Source: Marsupella aquatica
Taxonomy: Eukaryota; Plantae; Marchantiophyta
NCBI GenBank assembly: GCA_973895155.1
Contig: OZ316895.1
Span: forward strand, 248,001 to 312,000
DNA length: 64,000 nt
Direction of reading: 5' to 3'
The notes below the pieces were generated by a model. It did no database searches and was not told the DNA's origin. It was given only the letters and a program-made list of their open reading frames with translations. Shown piece by piece: positions 22,307-35,846 of this stretch (positions are counted from its first letter, which is position 1; each line of letters starts with the position of its first letter). The translations under genes were made by a program, and so were the position numbers.

Positions 22307-25300
22307 CTAAACGATCAACGGAGATTCGGCTTCACTTTCAGGCGGTGCTTTCACTCGTTGTTGCGCATCTTCCGCCTGCCACATGGGATCTCAAGCAATA
22401 AGTGGTTGCTATGGGGAAAACTGCAGTATTATACTTCTGCATCGAACTAAGGTTTGATTCAATGATATACTGTGCAAGCAGATCGCTTTCTACTCAATGT
22501 GGTGACCATTACATGATTAGTGTCAACAAAATACTGCAGATTGTTTCATTACCTACAGTAGGTGTCTTACGGCGATTGCGCCCTACTGATTACTTTAGAT
22601 GTTTCATTCAGCACATGGCCAAGAGGGGAAATCACCGATATAGAAAGTGTATACACACCATTTTTTTCCAATCAATGGTGACCGTGAGAAAGATTAACGT
22701 GCCGGTTTGAACGACTAACCCGCAGTAAAATCCCAACCATAAACCCTGCAGACATGGTTCTTACAAACATCAAATAGCTCTCGATACGTATGAATACGAA
22801 CACTTCACAGCTTTGGATTGGCAAATATTTGGTGGCACTTCTCAGGCCTTGAAAATAAACAGAAAAGAGCCCCACAAATCAGTACTGTCGCATAGGTTTC
22901 CCATCACTCCAGACATTGCGAGAGGTCTATCGGGTGGACCTAAAAGGCGGTGGGTCATTCATGGATGCAATGTGAGAAGATTGAATTGGGCGAGACTTAC
23001 CAGGGCCCCGTACTGGAAATGAAAACCAAGCACAAAGGCTGCAGGCAACCCAACTACATAGTACGAGCCCAAGTTAACCCATGCGCCTGTCTCTTGCCAG
23101 CCGCATCCCCTCGCCACGCCTACAGAAATGTCAAAGGAAAGTATTCAGCACTCAAGATTGCTTGCTTACCGCTGAGCAAATTGTAGAATTTGTTATGTTT
23201 TGTGAGCCCTAAAAGATCGTTCATGTTTGGGTCACACCAGATAGATTCTACATCGCTGGCCTTGTCGCAGAGCTTAGCTTTCAGAATATAACAGTTCTCT
23301 TAGAAGGAATATCCGACTCTTAAGTTCAATGATTCTCGTCCATGGACGTTTGAAGGTAAATTTAGGTTCCCTTTGTTTCACGGACTCGGTCGAATTTACA
23401 AGGCGACTACACATGCAGTACAGCGAACCAATTAATCAAAATTAAGTCTGCCAGGGCCACTTCATTGGAACGTAAACAATGGAGAAATCAGAGGGGACAA
23501 AAACAGAGTAAGTAGCGGGGAAATTACAAAAACAGATGTACCCACCTGAGAGGACGCCCTGGATGCCATCCAAGAAGGCTGCAATAGCAATTAAGGGTAT
23601 GACTTTAGCTACAGCCTGTACCACCATTGTATCGTCAGTGAAAGCTTTTCCCCAGACATTGCGGACGAGGCATTCACTCGTGGCAATGAGGAAAGAGACA
23701 GCGACAGCGATATAGACAACAACTTTGACAGCGAACTTCGCTGCGGCCGGTCGGTCTGCTCCAAGTTCGTTGGACACTCGTGTGCTGCAGACGATAGTAA
23801 ATTTGCACAACTGAATTTATTTCTTAGAACGAAAGAACAATTGCGAATAAGAAATCGTCAAGGCTCTCACATAAAACTGCCCAAGGCTACCAATAAAATG
23901 TGATGGAAAACTTCTCCCCCAGACTATATGCCGTTGCCAATGACATCATAGGTCGCTTTGAACATTAGATCGTTTTGATTGTTAGATCAACGTGAGGAAC
24001 TTGTTCCTACAATTTCTAAAGAAAATGAGAGAGAGGTTTAGGGTTTAGGGTTTAGGGTTTAGGGTATGTGCACTGTTACCTTACAGCACCGCTTAAGCCC
24101 ATTGGGATCATGTATGTAAGTGCTCCAGTGGTCAGACTGGACAACCGTTGATTTATCACACTTATTGTGTCAGTATGAGAAGTTGCAACTTCAGTGCTCT
24201 GCAACTTGAACATGAGAGACAAGAAACTAGACCCACAGTTCGAGAGTATCCCATTTCAATGCACAGCCACAACTCAAAACTACAGAAAGTTACATAATTC
24301 AAAACTCAGTATAATACAGAAATCGTAAATAGAAAGTGAAGTGTTAGGATGGCTTGCATCGAATCGTTCATATACTTTCATATCCTTACCAGATCGAAAG
24401 TAGAGAAACCTGGAGTTGGGGGTTCGGCATATATCCAGCTAACAAGACCAAGACTTCAAACGCCCAATACTCTAAACTGCCACATCAAAAGCCGTGACTC
24501 CACACAAAGTACCCGGTCAGTAAACTAACTTCCAGCACGGTCGTGGTTGCAAATTTGATCTATGACATTCAATGCTCCAAACAAGTAATTGAATTCTAAG
24601 AGTTCTGATCTGCTAGACCCTATTTCAAAGTATCTCAGTTCTCTATTAGGTTTCCAACGAGTTATTAGGGAGAGAGTTCACTTAAGATGGACATCAAGTT
24701 AGCAGACGTTATGGTCAAATTCAACCAGCCATCTCGCTTCTGTCCACCGCATTCTCCGATTATATACCCTATAGAATTTAGATCTCGTCATTCATACTCC
24801 TCACTTCTACTCTCTGGCTTGAATTTAAACGTGTAACCCTAAACGCATTGATAAGCAGTGATCTGAAAGGACCCTTGGACAAATTGTACGAGCACTCACC
24901 AGACCATAGCAACGGAGGGTATTGCAAGCTTTAAAAAAATGGTGATTGCTCCGAAAGCCTCTTTGCTCAGCCCTTTCCATGTTTCCTCGAACTCATTGGA
25001 GAAGTAGAGGTAAAGGAGTAACAGGACAAGATTGACGTAGACGGCGATGGTACCGGCAAGCGCTCCTCCATGGAATCCCAGCCCCAGTTTAAACACGAGC
25101 AAGTAGCAAGTGGGAATGTGGGCAAGCACTGTCAGCACAGAGCATAACATAATTGGAAACACTGAGCTTTGTGCTTGCAGAAATTTCGAAATAGGCTGAC
25201 TTATGGCACTTGCGAAGAGACTGGGAGATAGCCAACCGAAGTACACTCCTGCCATTCTCGCAATGTCCGGATCCTGGCCTAGAGCTGAGAGGACTTTCTC

Positions 25301-26520
25301 CATGTTCAACCACACGAATGAAATCGGAACACAGACAGCAAGGAGCACGAGTATGGCAGCTTGAACGTAGACGCCAAGCAGGTGATAGTTTTTGGCGCCA
25401 TAGGCTTGTCCGCACAACGTCTCTAGGCCAGTCGATAAGCCAGTCTGCAATGCAATTCCAGGCACGACAGCAGTTGCCACTTCAGTGGTCACCCCATGCA
25501 GGAGCTCGGTGCCAGCTCTGTTCACCTCTTTTCTGTCTTTCGGCTTCTTGTCTCTCACGTGTACTCTGTCCCAATTCAATTATAGTCAATGTAATTTAAT
25601 TTTGTGGGTGTCGGAGTCGAATCTGTGTTCACAACACAAATTCTCCCTCGTTCACGAAATTCTCTCATGTCATTGCAATCGAAGAAACTAGGGTTCTGAT
25701 TTTCTTAGAGTCTCGAGAAATTTTCTGCTGCTGGATGACTTGGACCCTCAATTCTTTCTTTCAATGTCTCTCGTATTTTGAGTTACACATTAGAAGTTCC
25801 GATACGATCACATTCATGGAAAGAATTTGTGGTTAGTTCATCATCTTGTCACTGGAAGCGATTCACTATGCGATACTTAATCAAACTTTTTGCATTACCT
25901 GTCAAGCGATAAAATACATTCAAGAATTCGCAAACATGACTAGGCTCTATAAAAGCTCTACAATAGATCATCCAGTTCACGATTTGTGCCGTACACTCAG
26001 TCAAGCAAGAGCCAGGCGACCAAATTTATAATCAGAGACGACCATAAACTTATTGTCTCTGGATGAGGGGATAGACGTTACAAACTATTTCGACATTACA
26101 TTTACACTTAACATAAATTGTTTCCTTTTGCTGTTTTGAGCACCGGTAAATTTTGCAAAGTGGGAGTCGTTAAGTTTCTAAATCACCTATCAATCAAGAG
26201 ACTTCAGAGTGGACGCGTGCGGGCTCAGCAGCACCTACCAGAACAGTGAAGCCAGTCACACTGGCGAAGGAGGTCGCAAGAGTAGCACTCGACAGCTGGA
26301 GCACTCCAAGGTGACCAACGAACATACTCGATATAACCCAGATGGAATATTGCATAAGATTGGAAATCACCAGATATCCAGCCAGGTCAAATTGTTTTCT
26401 AACTTCTATCCACACTCCAGCATTCCCGGTTTGATTTACGACAACATCACTGGAGGTGGTCTCGTAGCCACCATTTTCATCATCGGAGTCAGGTAGAAGA
26501 GGCTTCGTAATGGAACCCAT
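22307..26520 (-). CDS. MATE/DTX efflux transporter, 8 exons (approx. 26520-26239, 25444-24900, 24476-24390, 24136-24080, 23784-23546, 23119-23001, 22745-22659, 22375-22307)
   Basis: [83 protein letters not shown], with GT-AG boundaries. Confidence 0.92.
24037..24064 (+). repeat. (TTTAGGG)4 interstitial telomeric repeat in a MATE intron
   Basis: Four perfect units read directly. Confidence 0.95.
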
Positions 26521-28384
26521 GTTTCCCAGCAAGCGCTACAGAGAGTCGCTGTACCACCGATTCCCCAGACCCAGCTCTAGTCCAGAGCTCAAGGAACGCA
26601 ACCCAGCTGCAAATATCAACCGCTTTACTGGTGAGTTTCGAACCCCATGCAAACTCACCAAGCTAGCGACTTTCCAATCCAACTTTGAAGACTAGGTCTA
26701 CTTCTCTGGGAAACATGTCGTGGAAACTCACAGCCGATACTCAATGACAGCTCTTGCTCTATCCAGAAAGACCTTGCTCAATTGTCAAGAAGCTTGTGTC
26801 GCAAATAAAATACTCTCTCTCGACCGACGTCATGAGTTGAAACCCGTGTCTCAATTCTACTCTCATATCATAAAATACAGTAGGAGGATAATTTGATATC
26901 TGTGCAATTATCTGTGAGTGCTTTCATCTTCCGGGATTCTTCCTTTGGCTGGAAGAATAATGGGAAGGAAGTTCGGTCATCCGGTGTGACACTGTGACCC
27001 CAACCAACCATTCAGCACCACTCAGCAACGCTGAAAAACACCAGTCATCCTTTGCACGACTCTGACACTCTGCATTAAAAGACTTGGACCTGCCACCGAC
27101 TCCAATGCTACCCCAATACAGTACCGTAGGTTGCCACTCACCCGAAACTTTGATAGAAAACAGGCGGTCAGATGATTTGGGTTTATTAAAGAAGTATTAA
27201 GGACATTTTCACTGGAGACAGGCTTCACTTCTGATTTCGATCCAGAGCAATCCGATGCACGATGATAAATCGAAAAATCTTAAACCACATTGGCCACGGA
27301 CGACAGACCGGTTACAAACTTGCCAAGAACCATTGAACTGTGGAATTGTACTGCTATCATTGAATGCTGATGGTATGGACACGTAAAGATAACTGGCCTG
27401 CCATCCAGGACACAGTCTATAGATATGCCCAGGCACGTAATAGCTCACTTAGACTGTCGGACTATGCTACTCTCGTCACGCCGTGCTCAAGCTCAACTTG
27501 GACCGATAGCATTACATCACTTGGCTACAAGACTATCATCTACAGTAGTTTGTCTAACACTATTACCATCCCAATCATGTGCTCCATAATTTACTATGAT
27601 AAAACCATGTATCGCTGCAAATGTCACTTGGATGGGTGGTAGTTTACTGCAAACGTAGATGTTACTGTCCTTACAGGACAATGTCACTCACCACGTAGGT
27701 GGCCCAAATCACACATAGGTTGCATCCCAGTGGCCAAGCATCTGATAGCTTCAGGACTTCACATAGGGCCGCGGAAAGACATCCACTGGATAGTGGCAAC
27801 ATAGGGCAGGGGCAACATCGACACATTTGACAATGACAAAAGAGGCAAAATGTGCCACACAAGTTTCATCATATAGCCTCCTCCCTTGCTTTTGAGATAT
27901 TTGAGAGACTTTATCATAAGTTTGATGGGCTTCTTTGACAAATAGTCTGACAAACAGCTTGAGATGTTCATGGATGGGTGGGTTCTATGGGACCACATAC
28001 CATTATCTATTTTGATCACACACTTTTGTCAGTGAATTTCAGTGACATTACAAAGTGTCAGTGAATTTCAGTGACATTACAAAGTGCTCAAGCTCAGGCA
28101 ATCTATAGTCTATTTCTTGCCATGGGTGCTAATTTGCTTCTGCAGAGGCTTGCCTCCTTAGAGGACATCCATGTTCCACTTGCATATTTAGTTACAACAC
28201 TAGATGTGGCTGTTAGCTCATCACACTATTGCACTGGTAGCTATTTTCCCCTTTTTCCTCTTTCTTGAATTTTGGGTTTGTATTTGCCTATTCTATGTTG
28301 TTTAATTTTTTCATTTTTGGACATCGTTTGCTTAGTACCCTTCATCGTACTTTGTTTGGGCATTTTTATAAATATGAATTATAT

Positions 28385-28945
28385 AAATCCCGTTGGTGAT
28401 GGCCCAGGGAACGATCTAAATTCTTTGTCCAAATGGTTCTTCCGAGAGTCCACCTTGGTTTTATTGCCCATCGGCAATCCAAAGTACCTCAATCACTCTT
28501 GGGGTCAAATTGAACACCCTCTTGTAGATGTTGGTTGCTTCTGACTCGTAGTCCCACAAGCCTACAAATTCCAACAAGTCCAAATTCGTCACCTATTGTT
28601 TCATCCATGGTAACCGATAAAGGTTTCCAAGCTGGACCCGGCCATGAAACCCTGATATTTGCGGGATTGGATTACTGTGAAATAGGTATCCTTGTCCCCA
28701 CAAAATACAATTGGACCTCCTTTGGCAAGACACCCGCCCAACCTGTCCAATTGTTGTTCTAAGTGGGGATGGCCCTGGCCAAATTGACCTCCAGTTGTCT
28801 GGCTCCCTCCGGCTTCTTCCTTCCGGCCTCAACAGTCTTTTTTGGTGTCGCTGATCTGGTCCTTTTTTTCAGAGTGGCCTCATCATTTGAAGCTCCCTTC
28901 CTCTTCATGCTGGCCGCCTTCAATGATTCTCTTTTCATCTTTTAG
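28385..28945 (-). mobile_element. Highly decayed fragment of the ORF of the 4.66-kb unit
   Basis: GATGGCCCAGGGAACGA...TTATTGCCCATCGGCAA...GGCCATGAA...GCTCCCTTCCTCTTCAT aligns with ~5055-5580. Confidence 0.8.
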
Positions 28946-29144
28946 GATAGATTCCCTTCCCAATGCACTTTGCAGCTGACAATCAGAATGCACTTGTTCA
29001 CTCTCGTGCGCACTATAGCTTGTTCAAAGTCACTGTCTATTGTCTGCAAAAAAAATGTACAGGTATATTAGAAAATTACACAAGAGCAAAGTCTCTACAA
29101 AAACATGTTATACTTCAAGGAGACCCCATTCACACCAAAAAAAA

Positions 29145-29489
29145 TGTTAGATATTGCTCTAGTCTTGTAGCTCATGAGCTAACCACAGTTAGTCTAACTC
29201 GGGTTAAGATTTAGCTAATGTTAGCGGTAGTGCTGTTGTGCATATAGCCAGGGCTGATGCCAGACCCTGGGTGGAACTTAGGCTCATTGTTACGGAGCTA
29301 GTTGAGAGATAGGGAGAGCTTGTGCTGTGGATGCTTGGTATGACCGGTCGGTCTAGAGTGCAGTAAAGCTCTTGTGTGTTCCCGTGGACGTAGCCTCATG
29401 TGGAGGTGAACCACACATCTCTCTGTGTCGACTCTTGTACGTTGGATGGTTCATGGGCTTGCAGTTGTGAATGTTGTCTATGCTTAACA
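29145..29489 (+). mobile_element. Copia-type solo LTR, same LTR family as 35253
   Basis: TGTTAG...GCTTAACA; CTTGTGTGTTCCCGTGGACGTAGCCTCA core; flanked by AAAAA on both sides. Confidence 0.85.
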
Positions 29490-32400
29490 AAAAATACTTA
29501 CCTCATTCTGTGTGGCAATGGACCAGGCTATACATATGCAGAATTGAGTATGGATGGATATTGTGCATTCTCTTTCCCTTTAGCCTTTGAGGGTTGTTTA
29601 GCTATTCCTTTGTCTCAATCCCCGTCTCAATCTCAATCCACTCTCCATATCGAGAGTCAAATGCCAATCCAGTTAGTCTTCAAAACTGTGTGCAAATTGA
29701 TCTTCACTACTTTCTTGAGAATTTTGATCATTGCGTTCCACCGAGGACAAATCTATTCTTGAATTTTCCCCCAATCATGGATAGATTCTTTGCATTGCTA
29801 GATTTCTTTGAAACCAACTTGCTAAATAAGCACACTCGTGTTCAGAAATTGTGAAATGTTTTCAACTTGTATACCACACTATAACCATTCATGATAGCCC
29901 AAGAATCCAAATGCAGTGGTCAAATTTGTCAAAATTATTGAAACATTTGCCCTTGCAAATTCGAGCTGCCTTTGCTTCCACTGCCAACAATGGAAGACGC
30001 TTCCACTGTATTCTTCACGGTGAAGACAATTGTCAATCAAAGTGGATACACAAGGATTCACAAGAAATGGAGGTCTACGGGAACCGGGAGGTCTTGATTA
30101 ACTGCTTACACACCGTCGTGTGGGCCCTTAGAGTATCCTGACAACATTTTGAATCCATGAGCTACTGCGTCTCCTCCATCGGCCCGATCTATCCCATGGT
30201 GGTAAGCTCTCACATTTGGGAATGTCAACTTCACACCGATCGCTCTGTGCCAAAGATGCGCGCACAGTGGCATCATCCTCTCCAACAACTGACATCCCTA
30301 CTTGCACCTTGACCACTCTATAGTGCCCTAGAGAGAGCATGCAAATGTTGACAAAACCACACTATTCCTGGGACTATTCCTAAACCCTAGTACAATCTAT
30401 TCAACCCAAAGCTCATGACCAACAAAAATTGTCCTGACAGAATGTGAGACAATGAACATCTGGAGCATGTTCTATGAGGACGTGTTAGCAATAAACATAT
30501 GAAGACATTTCTGGTTTTGCATTTAAACATCCTTGGTCGTCGCAGTCTCAGCCGACCCTAAACCATACAATGAACATGACGGTCAAGTTGCTTGTGCTCA
30601 CAGTTTAGGTAGATTGTAGTCTGTCACAGTACACGGTGATGCGGTGAACTGTATTCACAGTTCCAGTAGTGCAAAATACAGGGGAATACATGTGCTTTCT
30701 GTATGAAAGTGTAGATGGGGTTGATTAGGTAAGAAATAGACTTTGGGAGTCAAGCGAGGCAGAAGGAGTCAGAAGGGGGTCGATTAATCATATACCTTGC
30801 AGAAATGAAAGCCTTAAGGCTTTATGATGACCCTCATCAAACCAGTCAGATGAACAAGATGGAAGGGAAAGAAGAAAAGAAGAAATTGAGCTGGATTGCG
30901 GCCGGGGTACCAAATTAAAAAAAACTGGGTGGGAGGTGGGGGATGGGCAAGGAGGGTAAAAGAAATTGCGATAATTTCAAAGTACGTTATGTTTCTCTGA
31001 GCTTTTGTTGAACTAATCAGTTCCCATTTGTTGACTAACGTTTGTGAGGGTTTAGGTTCTGAGGTACATATTTCCTAATTACTGAAATTTTGTATGTTTC
31101 GGGGGAATGGATCTTAGTCTAGTAGTGAGGCAATGTGGTATAGTTCTTTTTAGATGAATTGCATAATTAGAAAATCACGCAAGGAGGATAGGCAATAGAA
31201 ATACAGAGACACAAACCATGATTCATTTTGCCTTCATGTGTGACAACATTATAAGGTTTTGGAAGGGATATCTAGTATACTCCTTGAATTGGGCACCTTG
31301 TTGATATGGTAAACTGTGTATAAGTGCAACATGGATAAGTGCATTATGTGGCTTGGTGCAGGCCAACTATGTCTTCCCCTAAAATCACAAGAATTATCTT
31401 TGTCAATATGCCAAATGCACTTTGCATAAGTGCAGTTAAATTCTCACTGAACCTCGGGGCTCACTATATGGAGGCCTCCCCCATCACCTGCGACGTGTTC
31501 AGGCTTGGAACCCCTAAAGTGTAAGTAAATTTGGAATATTCTCCAAAATTGATTAAAAGACTCTAATGTTCTTATAAGTCCTCAAAATAGATTTAAAAGA
31601 CCATATTGTTATTGTGAGAAAATTCTTAAATGTTCCCTTAGAACTAATAAAACGTTAAGAATTTATAAAATAACCATATCCTTGGTTACACATGATGTGT
31701 CATTTTTGTGGAAGTGAAACACTCAAGCACTAAATGAGAAAATGTTTTCAACAAAATAACAATACATAAGTGCATTTCTGTCTATAAGTGTACATATGCA
31801 TTTATCAATTACTGGAATACATACATAAGAAGCATTTATCGACAAGTGCAACAAACAACCACATAAAGTACTTTCATGCACTTATCCAGATGACATGTGC
31901 AATATAGGGCTCGGGGTAGTAGAAGTCTGATGTGAGTGACCAGACAACATAACTGGGAAGTGCATAAGTGATTTTCCCATGCATTTCTTAGATAGTGCAG
32001 ATTGTGTACATCTGGATAAGTGCATAGTGCATTCCATGGATAAGTGCTGGCTGGTGGTGTGTGCCCCTGAGCCTGCACTTAGACATGATTCATTTGTACT
32101 GTCAAAGCATCATCCCACCTTCCCTACTGTCAAAATAAAAATGATTGGGCCTCCCCCAAATCCCAAGAGTCCCTGATTTATTTTCTGTATTTTACGAAAG
32201 AGTTAAATCATGAGTGCCTCAAGGGTCTACCAGGGAAAAAGTGTGGACCCACCTAATTTTTACTTATGAATAATATTAAAATTATGCAAAGCCTTGGATC
32301 TTTCCTGATCTTAAGGACAGCCATTAGATCTTCACAGATCAGGCAAACCCAACTGTAGCTAAAGTAGGTTTTGGCAAACTTTTTTTTTTTTTCAAAAGGG

Positions 32401-35400
32401 GAGCCACTTTATTCAGAGAGCCCAAAAGGCCAAAATACAGAACTGCTTGGGGAAGGAGGCAGAGAAGAGAAACCAGAAAAAAAGGGGGCTGGAAGAGGGA
32501 GCACACCCAAAGAGGAGAGAAAGGAGCCGCCATGGGCCCAATAGGCCAAAAACAGAACTGCCTGGGGGAAGGAGGCAGAGAAGAAAAACCAGAAAAAAAG
32601 GGGGGCTGAAAGAGGGAGCACACCCAGAGAGGAAGGAAGGGGGCCGCCAACCACCCTGCCTCACGGGAGGAGACAGGGGAAAGATGGAAGGAGGCACCCA
32701 AGCTGAGAACAAGAACAAACACCAAACATCCCCAGCAAGACCCAGAACCCACCAAGGCCAACCAACCCAGAAGCGCCCTAGGACTAGTCCGGGAGAAGCC
32801 ATCCCACTTCCACTGGCCCAGATAACCACCATCCACACTTGAACTTCATCCGCACTCGATCACCAAACTGGATCAACTGCAACCTTTGCATAACAGGAAC
32901 ATGCCGGAGAAAAAAGGCTCGATCCCAAGCAGCCTACCACCACACCTTCACCACAAATCCATCTCTCGGACCCATGCATCCGCGCTAGGATCCCCAAGGA
33001 AGGAGATGGCTGGCGAGAGATCCTGTCTCCCAAAACAAAAACTGTCATACCCTTAGGATACCCCCAGTAGCCAGCAGATTGATCACCCAAGATACGAGAG
33101 CGCCCAAACGCCGAGAGAATACTGTGAGACTCCAGCCACGGGCGCAACCCATAGAGCAGAGGGACCAAAGGAGGCAAAGTGGGTAACCAGCGGGATGGAT
33201 CCCTACTTCCCAAGAGACAGTCCGTCTACTGCTCCCAAACAAACTACTGCCGGGGCGCGCACCACCAACCCCGCAGATGAAGATCCATACTGACTAAACG
33301 AGAGCAGATTGGGGGGGGGGGGGGGAATCGGCCAACTCCCCCAAAATAGCACTGAAGACCACTGGATGAAGGCCCAAGGCGTGACGCACAATCACAGCAG
33401 CCAAGAAGAGCACAGCCCAGATTGCCTCCCTAGAGACCCGATCTGAGAACAAGAGCCGGCATCACAACCACCAGCATGATGCCATCTGCCCCAAAGATGA
33501 TTCCAACCCAACCAGACCCGATAACTCCACCAATTCTTGCCAGCCAGAGGCGAGCGGAGATAGCCAAAACCAGAGTAGACCCGGACGCCAACAAAGGATG
33601 AAACAGCCAAGATGAGAACCAAATCGGCCAGAGAAGATATCTATACAATGCTACTGCTTGGTCCTACACTAATAGAGATCCAACAAGCAGCCAACGTTGC
33701 TACACGGTTGAGACCCCAAAGGCATAGATACTCTGATTAATCACTAGACCGGGGGCAGAGCCATCAAAATTCCAATACAGAACATAGCCGAGACCGGCTA
33801 TACCAAAGGAAGAAATGCTAATATGGGCAGCACCGCAGCAGCAGCCCCCATCCCACCAGAAGAGGCCGAGTGTGCCGGGGAACAGGAAGAGCGGATGGCA
33901 GACCAAAGAGCGGCCAAAGGAGGCCAACCAAGAATACATGATATGAACGGATCCGACTGAATAGGACATACCCACCAGGTAACAAGAACCCCATTGGAGC
34001 AAGGTAGTGGACCCCACAAAGCACCGACCACAGAGAAGAGAAATATGTAGGAGAGCAACCACTGACAACATGGGGAGAAGAAACAGCCGCAACCCAAACA
34101 ACCACCCACAAGACATAAGTACGTGATACTATATGCAACAATAGGAAGGGGCATGAGCCATATGGTGGGGAACCAGAGAACGAAGAGGGACGAGACTTCC
34201 CCGATTGGCATGGGGAGGACAAGCTAATCTACCAGAGCTCTCCGGAGGTGGCGGCAACCTAATGGGCTTGAGATGAATTTCTCCGCGTAATACAATCTTT
34301 TTTTTTTATTCAGAGTCCGAGCCCAATGCAACTGCATGCATATGCAACACAACAGAGGAGGCGACTGCAAAAGGGGAGAACACAACAGATTGGCTTCGAA
34401 ACACGAGGGTGTTACGATTTTTCCAAAGAAGCCACACAGTCTCGTACACAACAAAAATTCGAGCAGAATGCCGTGGGGAGCGGCCCAGAGACCGATCCAA
34501 CATCTGTAGGAAGGAGTGTCCCCCGGGAATATGGGAAAGGGAGGGCACCCTCTCATAAAACCACGCTGTTCTATTCCATGCAGAAATAGCCTGTGGACAC
34601 GAGAAGAAGATATGAGGACAATCTTCCGGGCAATCCCGGCAAGAAGGGCACATCCCATCCCCGTGTCCAACCTGTAGGGCTCTCCGTTTGGTGAATAACC
34701 CTGCAGCCAATACTCGCCACAAAAATATCTTTCCCCTCTGAGACAGGTCTGAACGCCATAGCCGTTTCCATCTGCGCTGCCACACATCCACAGAATCCAA
34801 TGCTCCCCATCTTCTGTTAAAGTCACCAAATTGACCAGATGATTTATCTAATAATTTGTAGGCTACTATGCTACGGAGAAGCCGTGGGTGAATAAGTTCT
34901 TTAAGTCCCTTCCAATGCCATTGCAAATTAACAAAAGAGAGAGAGACGGATGGAGGGGGTCCACTCTGAAGGTGCCGAATTACATCTGCCAAGAGTGTGG
35001 TGAATTGTGGGCCAACTCCACGAACCCGAGCTAACCTGTCCGAGAAATCAATCCACTCTCCTGCATGCCAATCCCAGAGATCTGACACGGAAAAGATGTT
35101 AATTCGAGTACTAGCGATGATTAGACTAGCAAGAGCATTGGCAGGAACGTTCAGAGAGTTTAATGAGGAGCTAAGCAAATCCGCGAAAAACCAACGAGCG
35201 GGAATAGCTAGATCATGGGATTCCCAGTGCAAAAAGCCTCGAAGATGGATCCTGTTGAGCATAGACGACGATCGCAACGACAAGCCCATGAACCATCCAA
35301 CGCACAATAGTCGACACAAGAGATACGTGGTTCACCTCCTTGAGGCTACGTCCACGGGAACACACAAGAGAGCTTTACTGAACTCTAAGCTCGTCGGCTA

Positions 35401-35846
35401 TACCGAGTCTCCACAGTGTAAGCTCTCCCTATCTCTCAAGTGGCTCCATAACAATGAGCCTTGGTTCTACCTCTCCAAGCACACATGCCTCTTACGATAT
35501 AGTGTGCAACTTAGTTGTACCTAACCACATAGTTTTACCTAATCACGTAGTTGTACCTAACCACATAGTTGTACCTAATCACGTAATTGTACCTAACCAC
35601 GTAGTTGTACCTAACCACATCATACCTAACCTAGACGTAAGAGTAAATACCCAACAATCTTCCCCTTGACTTTGGTCTAGGGGAGAGTAATACTGCCAAT
35701 GTATATGATCCCTCAGTGGGAAGTTCTGGACAAAAACCAAACCGGTTTCCCTCTCTAACTAGAGCAAACCAGAACTAAGCCGTAGCCTAATACATAGGAA
35801 TGAGGAAGAGCATATATCAGTAATTACAATGAATGTTAAGAAAACT

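Noticed and set aside
29500-30350. Short ORFs that might be a transposase relic
   Set aside because: No recognisable motif or termini.
33700-34222. WNFDGSA in the LINE tail as an RNase H remnant
   Set aside because: The remaining RNase H motifs are not found and the frames are closed by stops.
35513-35632. 18-bp array (and the 61567-61684 array) as a CRISPR or as a VVPNH repeat protein
   Set aside because: No unique spacers, eukaryotic context; the peptide is an incidental translation of the LTR repeat.
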